In this document: positions 38,094 to 48,702 of the stretch, piece by piece
How the letters are laid out: each line of letters opens with the position of its first letter
How positions within the stretch are numbered: the first letter of the stretch is position 1
DNA from: Selaginella moellendorffii
Taxonomy: Eukaryota; Plantae; Lycopodiophyta
Assembly (NCBI RefSeq): GCF_000143415.4
Contig: NW_003314342.1
Coordinates: 49,499-98,200, forward strand
DNA: 48,702 nt
Reading direction: 5' to 3'
Notes under the pieces: generated by a model
Databases searched by the model: none
Told to the model about the DNA's origin: nothing
Seen by the model: the letters and a program-made list of their open reading frames with translations, nothing else
Made by a program: the position numbers and the translations under genes

Positions 38094-39725
38094 TTGCATA
38101 TCAGTTGCTTTGATTACTACTGCACCACAAACATGATCGTTGATGATGATCGTATGTGCTGTGACTTCTTGCAGTCTCTTGAAGGCAAAGCAGCAACTTG
38201 GGTAGATTCTCTCCTCCCAGACGACCGGACAGACTTCCAGACACTACTTGCTTTTTTCAGAGAACACTGCGTTGAAGAAAAATCCACAAATTGGCTACTT
38301 GTTGGCCTCTTTTCGTTCCGGCAGGGTGCTCACGAGTCTGTTCCGGACTACATCACCTGGTTTTGAGCATACTGGAAGCAGTGTTGAGATCACAAAGTGG
38401 TCCAAGATGAGCAATAGGGGATCATGGCATTCACAGCGGGTCTGCGTGGGAACTTGCTGCGGAAACTTCTTAAGAAGACATTCAGGTCTTGCCACGAGGC
38501 ATTTTCATTTGCCACAAAGTTGGAAAGAGAGCTTCTTGTCAACTTGGGGATTGCTGGAGTTGATTTCGACCAAGCCATCACCCTATCAAAGTCACCTTGT
38601 GTAGCTGTTCGCCTGTCCACAACAAAGCCCGTCGCTATTGAGCATACACCTTCGGCTATTAAGAACTTTGCCAACGAGATGCAGCAGCTGAAGGAGATCA
38701 TTCTTCAACAGCAATCACACTATGACAAACTGCTCCAAGAGCTGGTGGAGCCAAGGAAAGAGGCCGCTACAGCTCAGGAACACAGATTTAAGTCCCGTTG
38801 GTGCACTCACTGCGAGACAAACACACACAACACATAGCACTGCTGCAAGCTTCACCTTGAGCTTTGGCCTCCATCTTCTCAATGTGTCCAACAACATCCC
38901 TTCGGTGATAATTTCACATCGTCTCAGGGTCTAGAGACATATGAGGAGCAGTTGGAGCAACAAGCAATTGAGGCAGCCCCTTCGTCAAGCAAAGGCAAGG
39001 CACCAGCTTCATCGGTCAATATGATTTTGGTAGCTGAGGAACTTTATAGGCAACAGTAGCAAACCGCAGCCACTCGAGCCCAAGCGAAGAAGAAGGTAGC
39101 CACTCAGCCCAGCATCAGTTGAGAGTGAATCTTTGTTGGCACCAAATCCAGTGACACAGAGGGTGGCTTGTAAGCTCCTCTTCAATTCACTACTCTCTTC
39201 CCCTCCTGAGATCTCACCAATAGCTATTCTTGTTCTGGAGCTGGTTCTTCAACAGCTGGTTGACACTCCCGTCACCTTTTCACTCCAAGAGATGTTGTGT
39301 CTTGTCCCGAGATTCGGCCAGCGTTTAGAGGAGTTTGCACAGTCAGGAACACCAGAGAGCACTCTCAAGAGGACTCCTCAAGATGTGCACATTGTTGACA
39401 TGCCAAGATACAGTGGAGATCCTAGTCCATTCTTCGTCCCGGTGCAGATTAGTACTTCCTCTTGTAGGGTGGATGCTTTGGTTGACTCTAGTTCTGGAAA
39501 CAACATTATCTCTCTTGAAGCTGCCCTTTCAGCACAGATACAGATCATTGAGAGCTCCTCCATCGTGCTCAAGACCTTTGCCAACCACACCATTCCTCTA
39601 GCGGGCATTTGCTGTGGTGTAAGGGTCTCAGTGCAGGGTGTTATTTCTAAGGTAGATTTCCTTGTGGTTGACTACCAACATCTTGGAACATCCTCTTTGA
39701 AGGACTCTATCATCCTTGGCCGCTC
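38094..39725 (+). pseudogene. Element D gag and protease (degenerate)
   Basis: FLQSLEGKAATW, FRQGAHESVPDY, knuckle CTHCETNTHNT*HC; protease ALVDSSSGNNII...VDFLVV...IILGR. Confidence 0.8.
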
Positions 39726-40171
39726 ACAGCCCATTGCACCATTGACAGTGCACAAGACAAGATGGAAATTAGTGATGAAACCCATAACACCACCTTTTTC
39801 AACAACCACGGCAAAGCTCTTTCTCAACAAGCCCAGCAAGCTCAGACTAAGATGGCCTCCACACCACACTTCCCTCCCGGCTCACAGAGGTTTTTCTTGA
39901 GTTGGCGATGGAGTTGACCATCTATATGACGGATGCTTTTTCATGCAATATGATTGACATGGTTGGAGGTGAGACAAATAGCCTGAGACATCTCTCAACT
40001 TCACTCTCTTTATTTGAGAGTAAGGCCAAGCCTCTAGACAAGCCCTCTTTATTTATAGAGTATAGGCCCCCATATCCAGCTTTTCGGAGTGTTTCTCAAT
40101 AGAGGAAGGGCTCCTTGATTCATTTCTTGCATGGGACCAACTCTTTCTTATGGAGCTTGATGACACAGTCA

Positions 40172-41411
40172 TGTAAGCCATAAATTTTTCCTTTCCAATT
40201 TGCCAACTTACCTCGTCTATCCGTCCAACACTACCTTGGCTTTTGCTAAGTTCCCTCGCCAAGGTTCCCGCCTATGGTACCAGCTCCTACTTGGTTCTAC
40301 TTGGTTTCAGCTACTCACTGCATGAGCAACAGAGTGTTAGCCATCCATCCATGGACTCCCAAATCTCTCCCAATCCCCCTCCCCGGGTTAGACTGGACTT
40401 AAAGTTCGGCTACACTCCCCGCAAGCATAAGCAGCCAAGCACACCAAACTTCCAAATTCCTAACATCCCTTGGTACCACAAGACTTGATTATGGGACCCT
40501 CTAAATCCCAAGTCTTGGGTGCAACACTTATTTCGAGACGCCGGGGCGAAACACCGTGGTCTAACGGCCTGGTATGGGTACCTCTACCCCCCCACTTCCA
40601 TCCCGAAGGGAAGGTCCAAGCCCCTAGGAAGGGTGAGGACCAATGAGCTGCATGGTAGTCAAGTGGGGCACCACTCCACATGAGCCGGGAGCACCGCAGT
40701 CGATTTCCCTTTTGGGAGTAGGAGCTGCTCTTGAGCACTTCCTTGGATGGCCCCTCCGGCACCAACCAAGTCCATGCTCACTCCCACCCAAGGCCCCTCG
40801 GTCCCAGTCTCAACCTCAAGTCAGTTTGGAAGCCCCACTGAAGAGTTCCTTCAAAACTGGTTCCTAGACCTCATTATCCCTATTATACTTTTGGAACCCC
40901 CTACATCCTCCCCCCCCCCCCCCCCCCCCTTGGGAGATGCAACGCTTTGGGCTTTCACCCCTTAACCCGTATTAGTACTCGGACTCAGTCTTGGACTCGA
41001 TCTCGGACCTGACTTCGGACTTGGTCTCGGACTCGACTTTGGACTCAATCTCGGACTCGATCTCGGACCCGATCTCGGACCTGACTTCGGACTCGACCTC
41101 GGACTCGGTCTTGGACCCGATTTGGATCTCGGACTCTGTCTCGAACTCGGTCTTGAACTCGGTCTCCGATTTAGTCTCGGACTCGATCCCAGACTCTATC
41201 TCGAACTCGGTCTCAGAGTTGGTCTTGGACTCGATCTTTGACTTGGTCCCATCCAATGAACTCTTTGTCATTTTGGTCATGCTTTCGGGGATCCTTTAGC
41301 CTACGACACCTCGGCGAGTTGGTTCCTTACAAGTCACTCCAGACTAGGCCCATCTTTCATAGGACACAGCTGAACTCAATCCTCCTCAGCAACTATCTGA
41401 GGTGTTATACA
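40172..41411 (-). mobile_element. Solo LTR (F) related to the LTR of element B, inserted in D
   Basis: Starts TGTAAGC like B and ends TACA. Shares the ctattatacttttgga...acgctttgggctttcaccc block and a degenerate (CGGACT/CGGTCT) array at 40978-41250. Flanks gtca/gcca give an imperfect TSD. Strand assigned by analogy with B. Confidence 0.78.
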
Positions 41412-41650
41412 GCCAGCATCTTCCTACTAAAATCGTAGTAGCTGACGACTCCAAGCATATTTTGTCATGCTGTTTCTTGGAGACAAAAGATGACATCAAG
41501 ACACACAACTAGCAGAAAGATTCAAGCCAATCAGACGTGCTGCATGTGAATTATAGCTCTTTGAGTTCAAAATTTCCTACCGTGGAGCTCCCAGTACAGA
41601 TCCAAGTGTATTACACTAAAACTTTAGCACCAGACTTGGACTTGACTTAG

Positions 41651-42230
41651 GTGGAGGATCTTCCTCAACTTGCAGAGTACTTGGCCATAGTCCTTGCATT
41701 GGAAATTGAGCACTCAGAGCATCAGAAGCAAAGAGAACAACAAACAAAGTCTCTGGATCAAACAGCAACGTTCTTACCAGACTTGCCAGAGACGATCTTG
41801 CCAAATGTGGTGTCCCCAGCATCTTTATTTGAAGAAGAGGACACTCATATGATTACAACTTATTTTGACGGTGCTTTCTGCCCCAAAAACCAAGTTGCTG
41901 GCATTGGAGTTTGGATGATTGATTCTGTGGAGAAAAAAGTAGCCGACCTCTCTATGACTTTGCCAGCAACATCAGCTAATGAAGCAGAGTACTTGGTGGC
42001 TATCAGTCCCATGAATTTGGCCATAGATCTCAAGTTTAAGCGAGTCATTTTCGTTGGAGATGCGCAACTCATCATATGCCAACTTACTGGAGAATACCAA
42101 GTCCACAAGAAGAACCTGAAAGAGCTATGGCAGTGGGTGGTCAACCTAAAGGATAAGTCCTCTCAGGTGACTTTTCAAAGTGTCCCTCGTGAAGAAAACT
42201 TTTAAGCAGACAGGTTATCACATCAAGCAA
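41651..42230 (+). pseudogene. Element D additional archaeal-type RNase HI domain (aRH)
   Basis: TYFDGA...AGIG, SANEAEY, GDAQLII.QLTGEYQV and VPREEN.*AD.LS, the canonical RNase HI D-E-D-D layout. Confidence 0.9.
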
Positions 42231-42479
42231 TCACCATGATACGAGAGGTAAAAGACACTCCCTGCTCTTTGGTTTCCAAGGTCAGGGAGGAATCTAAGAT
42301 AGATGAGCCCCCTAAGCCCAAGACTTCTCCAGACTCTAGGGTTCATGCTGTTTTCCTAGGTGATGACAAGGACCCGGTCTTTATTGCCACATCACTTGCT
42401 TCAACAAACACAACAAAGCTCTTGGATCTCCTCCACTGTGTCAAGGATGTGTTTGCTTGGGACTACAGCTAGCTTCTAA

Positions 42480-44370
42480 GAGTTCCCATGGACACAATCA
42501 TGCACAATATTGTGCTTTCAGAGTCGGCCAAACCAATCCATCAAAAGATGTGGCATTTCAGCCCGACAGCTCACTCAGAGATGAAGTTGGAGATCAAGTG
42601 ACTTCTAGCAACTGGCTTTATTTACCCTTTGGAGAGCTCAGAGTGGGTGGCCAATCTCATCCCTACATGCAAGGCAAATGGAAAACTCCTCCTCTGTATT
42701 GACTTTTGAGACTTGAACAAGGCCATTGTGAAAGATCACTTTCCGACTCAATTTATTGATGCAATTGTGGATGAGATGGTTGGACACTATTACTACTCTT
42801 TCATGGATGGCTTTTCAGGATACAACCAGATCTTCATTCATCCCAATCATCAAGATCTTATGGATTTCCGGACACTTTGGGGCGTCTTCGCTTTCAATGT
42901 CCTCCCGTTTGGCTTGTGTAATGTCGGAGCTATTTTTCAATGCTTTATGACCCACGCCTTTCACGACTTGATTGGAGGCACCTTGAGGGTGTATATGGAT
43001 GATCTATACATGATCTCTGACTCCTTTGAGAACCACCTTGTGCACTTGGAGCAGATCTTCACTCACTGCCAACAACACAGGTTTTTCATTGAACCCGGAA
43101 AAGTGTAAATTCAGGGTGACTGAAGGCCGGCTTCTGGGCTTTGATGTCTCACAGGATGGAATCAAGCCCCAGGTAGCCAAGGCTTAGGAGATTCTGGATC
43201 GGAACCCACCAACCAACGTAAAGCAACTTCGTAGCTTCCTCGGGCAAACGGGTTTCTTTTGCCGTTTCCTCCACAACTATGCTGCACGTTCACGGCCCCT
43301 AATAGCTCTACTACAACACAGCATTCCATTTTTCTGGAGTGAGTCCCAGCAACAAGCCTTTGAATCACTGAAGCAGTCACTCCACATGGCCCCGATACTC
43401 CAACCACCAGAACAATAACTTCCTTTTGACATTTACATCACAACGGGTATAGAGGCTTTTGGAGTATGCCTTTGCCAATGTTCATAGCCTGGCAAGCCCC
43501 CACATGCAACATACTATGCCTCACATTCGTTCAAGAAGACTAAGAAGAAGTACGTGGATGCGGAAAAAGAAGCAGTGGTGTTATTTACACCTTGGAGCAA
43601 TGTTGTCACTTTTTCGCTGGAGCCTGTATCCATTTCCATGTCTATTTTAATGTGTTGACCTTTCTTTTACAGAGACCAGTTCACAGTCCTTGTACTTTAC
43701 CTTGGATTGTGACCATCCAAGAGTTCCAGCCAACTTTTCACATACAGCATCTTCTCCAATGGCTGCAGGTCAAGCATGTGAAGTGCAGCAGCTATTATCC
43801 TAAGTGCAATGGCCAGGCTGAGTCCAGCAATAGGATATTAAAGACAGTCATCTCAAAGTTTGCGGAGGATCACCTAAGGCGTTGGCACGAGCACTTGGTT
43901 ACAGCATTGTGGGCCTTTCGGACGTTCTTCAAGACATCCATCTCCATGACCCCATTCTCCCTTGTCTATGGGATAGAGGCCGTGCTTCCAGTGGAGATCC
44001 AGGTGCCATTACTCTCACTTTCACTTCAATATGCAACAGCGATGCAACTTAGCGATGAGGACAAGCTTCATACCTATGACTTGGAGGTTCTTGCCTTGGA
44101 AGAACAACAACAATCCACGATTGAACATCTCCTTTGAGGCAAGTAGAAGATCAAGTCCGTCATTGATAACCGGCGGTTTGCCAAACCATTCGAGGATGGC
44201 AATCTTGTTCTACTCAAGGAGTTCACGCCACCTTCAAAGTTCTCCCCTCGCTGGACTGGCCCTTACTTTGTCCAACTACACATCAGGGGTAGAGCATAAG
44301 TGCTAGTTGATGTTGAGGGATGTGAGCTTCCACACGCTCACAACCACTCTCGCCTCAAATGCTTCATCTA
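42480..44370 (+). pseudogene. Element D RT, RNase H and C-terminal part of integrase (INT N-terminus deleted)
   Basis: CIDF.DLNKA..KDHFP, FMDGFSGYNQI, LPFGLCN, YMDD; then YYPKCNGQAESSNRILK, ALWAFRT..KTS..MTPFSLVYG.EAVLP and WTGPY. Confidence 0.9.
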
Positions 44371-46456
44371 GTGAGGCATTCCTCTTCTCTTCTTTTTATT
44401 TTTTTTTTCTTCCTTTCTTTCAATTTACTTTCATGACTCCTTTTCTTACTTTCAGAGGGTGTTTCCCCATTGGACCATGGCCCATGCCTTGGATTTCATG
44501 CTTAGGCTGCATTGCCATTTGTATGGAGGTTCCTCACTTGGCCTGGTCTATGTTCTAGGTTCTTTGGCCCTTCCCTTACCATTACTACACCCCACACATT
44601 CCCCTCACTCATTTCATATCATTTACACTCACAGTTCCATCACCAATTACTTCCAGCAGCGTTGCCCGCACTTATCTCTAGATGCCCGTCTTGCATCTTT
44701 CATTCTTTCACTATCATTCACATCTCCACTTGAGGTCACATTTACACCATACCACGGACACACATACATGCACCAACAGCAAAAGACACCACCTCATTTG
44801 GACGTGCCATTTTTGAGATATCCTTACGACCATTTGCCGATGGCGCACTAGCTTTTCTGGATCGACTTTCTTCCAACCGGGTGAGCCTGTTCACTCAAGG
44901 CACCTAGGTGGATCTTTAAGAGAGGCCACAGAAGCTAAAGCCACTTTCTTCTACTCCAGCACTTAGTGGACACATGCCACCTCCCTTTACCAGTAACCCA
45001 GCGACCACGCTGTCCTATTCAACTACTGCCTTCTTCAGTTACTCTTATTTCAGAGATGGCCACCTTCTTAGAGTGCCACCACCATCTCAGCACTCCACCA
45101 TATTAGTGCTGGAGCAAGCGTAGGAGTAGAAGTGAGAGCAGATGGTTACTGGTTATAGGTTATAGGTTCCCAGTTACTGGTTACTAGTTATTGGTTATCG
45201 GTTACCGGCTACTCTAAGAAGTCAGCGCTTACTCTACGGGCCAATGGTTATAGATGGCCACCTTCTCAGAGGGCCACCACCATCTCGGCGCTCCACCATA
45301 TCACTCCATCTTTCATCATTGCATTTGCATATTACACTTTCCTGAGCTGAAATCAGGGTATAAGTTAAGTTCTTTGGGTACTCACTTTTTTTCCCCTATT
45401 TTCCTCCTCTTTTCACACTTTTTCTGCATTTTTATTTCAACTTCAGTGTCCAATTTGACTACAGGGTTTTCCACTAGGTTTTCCTCCCTGTCTCCAAACT
45501 TCACACCTACCTCTTTTCTTTCTTTTCCACTGCTTCAAGTCGTGAGCACCACCATAGCTAGAGAACCAGCAAGATCATCCACCAAGTAGCCATTGTTGTT
45601 TTCTAGAGTTTATACTATTTCACACAACTACTAGCACTTGGCATCAGTAGCAGAGGTACAATCTACACTCTTTAGCGGGTTCTCGCGCGTTTGGAGCTAG
45701 TACGATCCACCATGGTCGCATGTTAGGGCGTGGTTACCGAGAGAGTGAGAGAGAGAGGGAATATTCTGGTCCTTGGAATATTCCCCATCTTCCTTGTATA
45801 AATACCTTTGCCCCACAAGGGCAAGGGGGGACATTTTGTGGAGAGCATCGAAGTATTTTTCATGTTTGAGCGAGCCTTGGGCAGGTGCCCCTCCTTCCCC
45901 CAACATTACCTGTGCAAGCCTAAAGTCAAGCTTAGAAATACTTCTCACTAGCATGTTGGATCTTCTCGTATTATCACTTATAGGTTCTATTGATGCCGAC
46001 AAAGCAAGTGTTACACTACTTTTGCTAGAAGCTATTGCGAGACGGTTATTAATATCAACATTATCAGAAGCTTTTGGGGGCAAAGCATTATCATCTTGTG
46101 TAGACCAATATTGCCAAAAAAACTGTTGCACAATTGACGTCAAGCCTCCCTGGATAACAGGAAAGTGAGTATAAAAGCTGAGTGTCTGCTTACAAATCTG
46201 AGAGTGGATACAAAAATGCTCTTCCAAGGCTACAGCCGCTTCTTTGCACACATTAGCTGCATAGCCTGCTGTTTTCAATGTTTTCAACACCGCTAGGCAA
46301 TACCTTTGAAGAGAAACCTTGTGTTAACGAAGGTGTAAGCAACCAAAGAGAACGACTTGAGAGATGATCCATAGAGGTTTAAATATTAAGGGAAAGGGCT
46401 TATGAATAAGAGTGCACCCCCTTTTCCAATCAGTTAAGGGTATTGGGATATTTGGG

Positions 46457-46510
46457 GTTAAGCGTCCTTGGGTTTGAATAATACTGGGCTAGTGACCTCC
46501 CGGGAAGTCC
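46457..46510 (+). promoter_or_regulatory. 5S rRNA internal control region (A box / IE / C box) homologue in the 5' LTR
   Basis: GTTAAGCGTCCTTGGGTTTGAATAATACTGGGCTAGTGACCTCCCGGGAAGTCC aligns with plant 5S GTTAAGCG..CTTGGG...GA.TAGTACT.GGATGGGTGACCTCC.GGGAAGTCC. Confidence 0.88.
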
Positions 46511-46837
46511 AAACTCATGAGCTTACATTTGGTATCAGAGGGGTTTCGGGTCCAACTTTGTTGGTTGGCTAAGGGAATTACACCACATGTTGATTGACAT
46601 TTGGCAGGTCCAATTTGCTCCCGCTGGGCTCAACCCGAGGGGTAGGGTGTCAAGAGAGCAGGGCTCTTGGGAGACCTGTGGCTCTCAGCTTCCATTCACG
46701 AGGGCGTGGTGGATTGTAAGCAACAAAAGAGAACAACTTGAGAGATGATCCATAGGAGTTCAAATATAAAGGGAAAGGGCCCATGAATAAGAGTGCACCC
46801 CCTTTTCCAATCGGTTAAGAGTCTTGGGATATTTGGG

Positions 46838-46892
46838 GTTAAGCGTCTTTGGATTTGAATAGTACTGAGCTGGGTGACCTCTCGGAAAGTCC
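46838..46892 (+). promoter_or_regulatory. 5S rRNA internal control region homologue in the 3' LTR
   Basis: GTTAAGCGTCTTTGGATTTGAATAGTACTGAGCTGGGTGACCTCTCGGAAAGTCC aligns to the same 5S segment without gaps. Confidence 0.88.
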
Positions 46893-47525
46893 AAACTCAG
46901 GAGCTTATAGAAGGATACAGTTAAAAATCACTACCAACCTTAAAGCTTTGTTTATCTTTCCAGCTTTAGTAAGCATCAATGCATAAATAAGCTTGTATGG
47001 TTGAGAAGGAAGTAAAATAAACTGGGAATTACCAATCACTCTTGCAAATTCGTACACTTCCATTCGCTGATGAAGAAAAGGTTAACAATTGTTAGGACAA
47101 ACACAGCTTACCTGGATAGCTTCTGGACTAGCATATGTGTGTGGATACTTACAATGGTCGGCAACTACTGGTAGAAGGGGAGAAAGACTCAAAACTAGCA
47201 TTTGCAACAAGATAGCAAATATGCACTCCACATATCTGCAAGTTAAAACTATGAGAAACATCAACGTGTGACCATGTATATACCTCATCTCAATGTCTCC
47301 AGAGACAATCACCAAGATGCATAATCACTCTCTTGTCCCCAGTAGTTCGGTTAGCTGCCATTATAGACAGGTTTTCCTGCTATTCTTCAAGCATTCCTTC
47401 TACTACGTCCTACAAGTCAACATGCACTCCTTAAGCAAGAGAGTAGCTTGATAAAAGTATTTCACCTATGTTGCACCATCTACAGCAGATGCTGGAACCG
47501 GTTGAGGTTGAAGCATTGTTGATTT

Positions 47526-48702
47526 ACTAAATTAATTTGCTCAAGTGGTCGATCACAAAAAAACATGCGAAACATAGTTTCTTTGTTGAACAATTTTAAA
47601 GGTAGAATCCTCCTTTAAGGAAAAATCTCTTATATCCAAATCAATTTCTGGTTCTTGTCTAGGTATTCCTTTGAGTATTGAATAAAGATCAACTTTTGAA
47701 ATTGGCTCAATTTCAAGGAAATTTTCTAAGATTTGTTGTCCTTGGAAATCGTCTAAGCCTTCCTCCTAATTATATAATTAAGTTTTGAAGTCGATCTTTC
47801 TTTCCAATTGTATGGTGGAAGTAATGAACACAAACCTTTTTTGGTTGCCTTACTCTATATATAAGAAACCATTTTTCTAGTCTTGGTTTGTGCAAGAAAT
47901 TTTTAGCCAAGGTCTGCATAGTAGAGTTTTGTAAGCATAATCTCATCATGTTATTTTAAGCACGACATAATTAAGTTTGTATTTTAAGCCAACTACATTA
48001 GTTAAAACATTTCTAATAATTCCAATGGGCTTAACACTTCAGTTATCAGCCATTTGTATATTAAATGGGGTTGGTTGAATTGAGGTTAGGCTTAATTCTC
48101 TGCAAATACTCTCTTCTAGAATATTTATGTTTAAGTCATTATCAATAAGAGTTCCACATAATAGATTCTTACCAATCTTTCTATCGATTGTAAAAACTTC
48201 ATTATCACAATCTCCTAGCTCAATTACAATAGGCATAAATGGGATTAAAGTTTCTTCCTTCTTAGACGAGAGCTCTCTGAGTAATATAGTGAAAAGATGG
48301 CTTAGAGTGAGTGTAATTCTGGCATTCAAAATGTTTTTCACTACCTTCTTTTCATCCTTGCCATCTAGCTTTAGTATAGGATTTTCTTTTTGCGCTAATG
48401 ATAAATTCGTATTAGCTTGTAAATGTGTGAGACTCTTTATGTTAGAATCACCATTCTCCAAATTGACTTGTGGTTGCAAGTCTTGGAATTGTTGAATGAT
48501 TTCTATGCTGATATTTTTCTTTTGGTGCCATTAAGAGTTGGGGATGATTTTTACTACTTAACATCTATGTTATGATTAGAGCCTAAAAAAGAAGGGCTGA
48601 ATCTAAAAACCAAGATAAAGAGAGTGAGGTAACTCTTCTATATTTGACCATTCTACTTCAACATACCTAGTTGTAGGTTGGGTATCTTTAGGAAGCCTAT
48701 CA
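47526..48702 (-). mobile_element. Inverted copy of the gypsy gag-protease remnant
   Basis: ORF 48039..48479 parallels 124..483 and 381..602; runs to the window edge. Confidence 0.75.

Larger units (their letters stand above)
36537..45905 (+). mobile_element. Element D: Ty3/gypsy, Tat-like, gag-PR-aRH-RT-RH-INT; LTRs 36537-36722 and 45721-45905
   Basis: TGTTAGGG...CCCCAACA LTRs (~186 bp); TSD TTAC; PBS TGGTGAACCC at 36725-36734; empty site at left-arm 2013. Confidence 0.93.
46334..46909 (+). mobile_element. Cassandra-like TRIM (576 bp) with 5S rRNA-derived LTR segments; LTRs 46334-46527 and 46715-46909
   Basis: TGTAAGC...GCTTACA LTRs, TSD GAAGG, PBS TGGTATCAGAG at 46530, purine-rich tract before 46715, non-coding 187-bp interior. 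Empty site at left-arm ~1589-1593. Confidence 0.93.
35719..47525 (-). pseudogene. SEC16: Second SEC16 3'-half pseudogene copy, in three pieces (46915-47525, 45910-46328, 35719-36532)
   Basis: Revcomp of 967-2795. Keeps AKLGNSNKFRYDKTLKRWVEE, which is deleted in the left copy. Has its own stops and has lost the C-terminus. Split by the TRIM and element D. Confidence 0.92.
26429..48465. repeat. Right arm of the large inverted duplication, interrupted by elements C, D and a Cassandra-like TRIM
   Basis: Colinear reverse complement of 1-16040 once 29482-34413, 36537-45905 and 46334-46909 are removed. Lacks the equivalent of 2796-4089 and lacks element B. Confidence 0.95.

Noticed and set aside
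46457-46892. Genuine 5S rRNA genes
   Set aside because: Only the central ~55 nt are present, inside TG...CA LTRs with PBS and TSD.
1-48465. Inverted repeat as a simple duplicated-read assembly error
   Set aside because: Arms differ by about 10% with independent TSD-flanked insertions, so both sequences are real. Only their adjacency across the N gap remains unverified; same-strand gypsy sequence on both sides of that gap supports the join.

Overview
Plant nuclear DNA, probably from a seed-free plant with tiny introns (Selaginella-like; inferred). It consists almost entirely of nested Ty3/gypsy-type LTR retroelements and contains no intact host gene. The organising structure is a very large, old inverted duplication: left arm 1-~16040 matches the reverse complement of right arm ~26429-48465 and probably continues beyond the window. 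Each arm carries the same chimera: a gypsy gag/protease remnant, the intron-containing 3' half of a SEC16 (COPII scaffold) gene, and part of non-coding LTR element A. After the duplication each arm gained private insertions, and the empty site is visible in the other arm. Left arm: element B (very young, non-coding, 1.7 kb LTRs with a tandem array). Right arm: element C (gag-pol gypsy), element D (archaeal-type RNase H between PR and RT, tRNA-Trp-like PBS, 4-bp TSD, containing a solo LTR) and a Cassandra-like TRIM whose LTRs carry a 5S rRNA-derived segment. The spacer holds the rest of A, a CACTA-like remnant, more gypsy debris and a second TRIM. There are two 100-N gaps. All identities and divergences are by-eye estimates; no searches were run.
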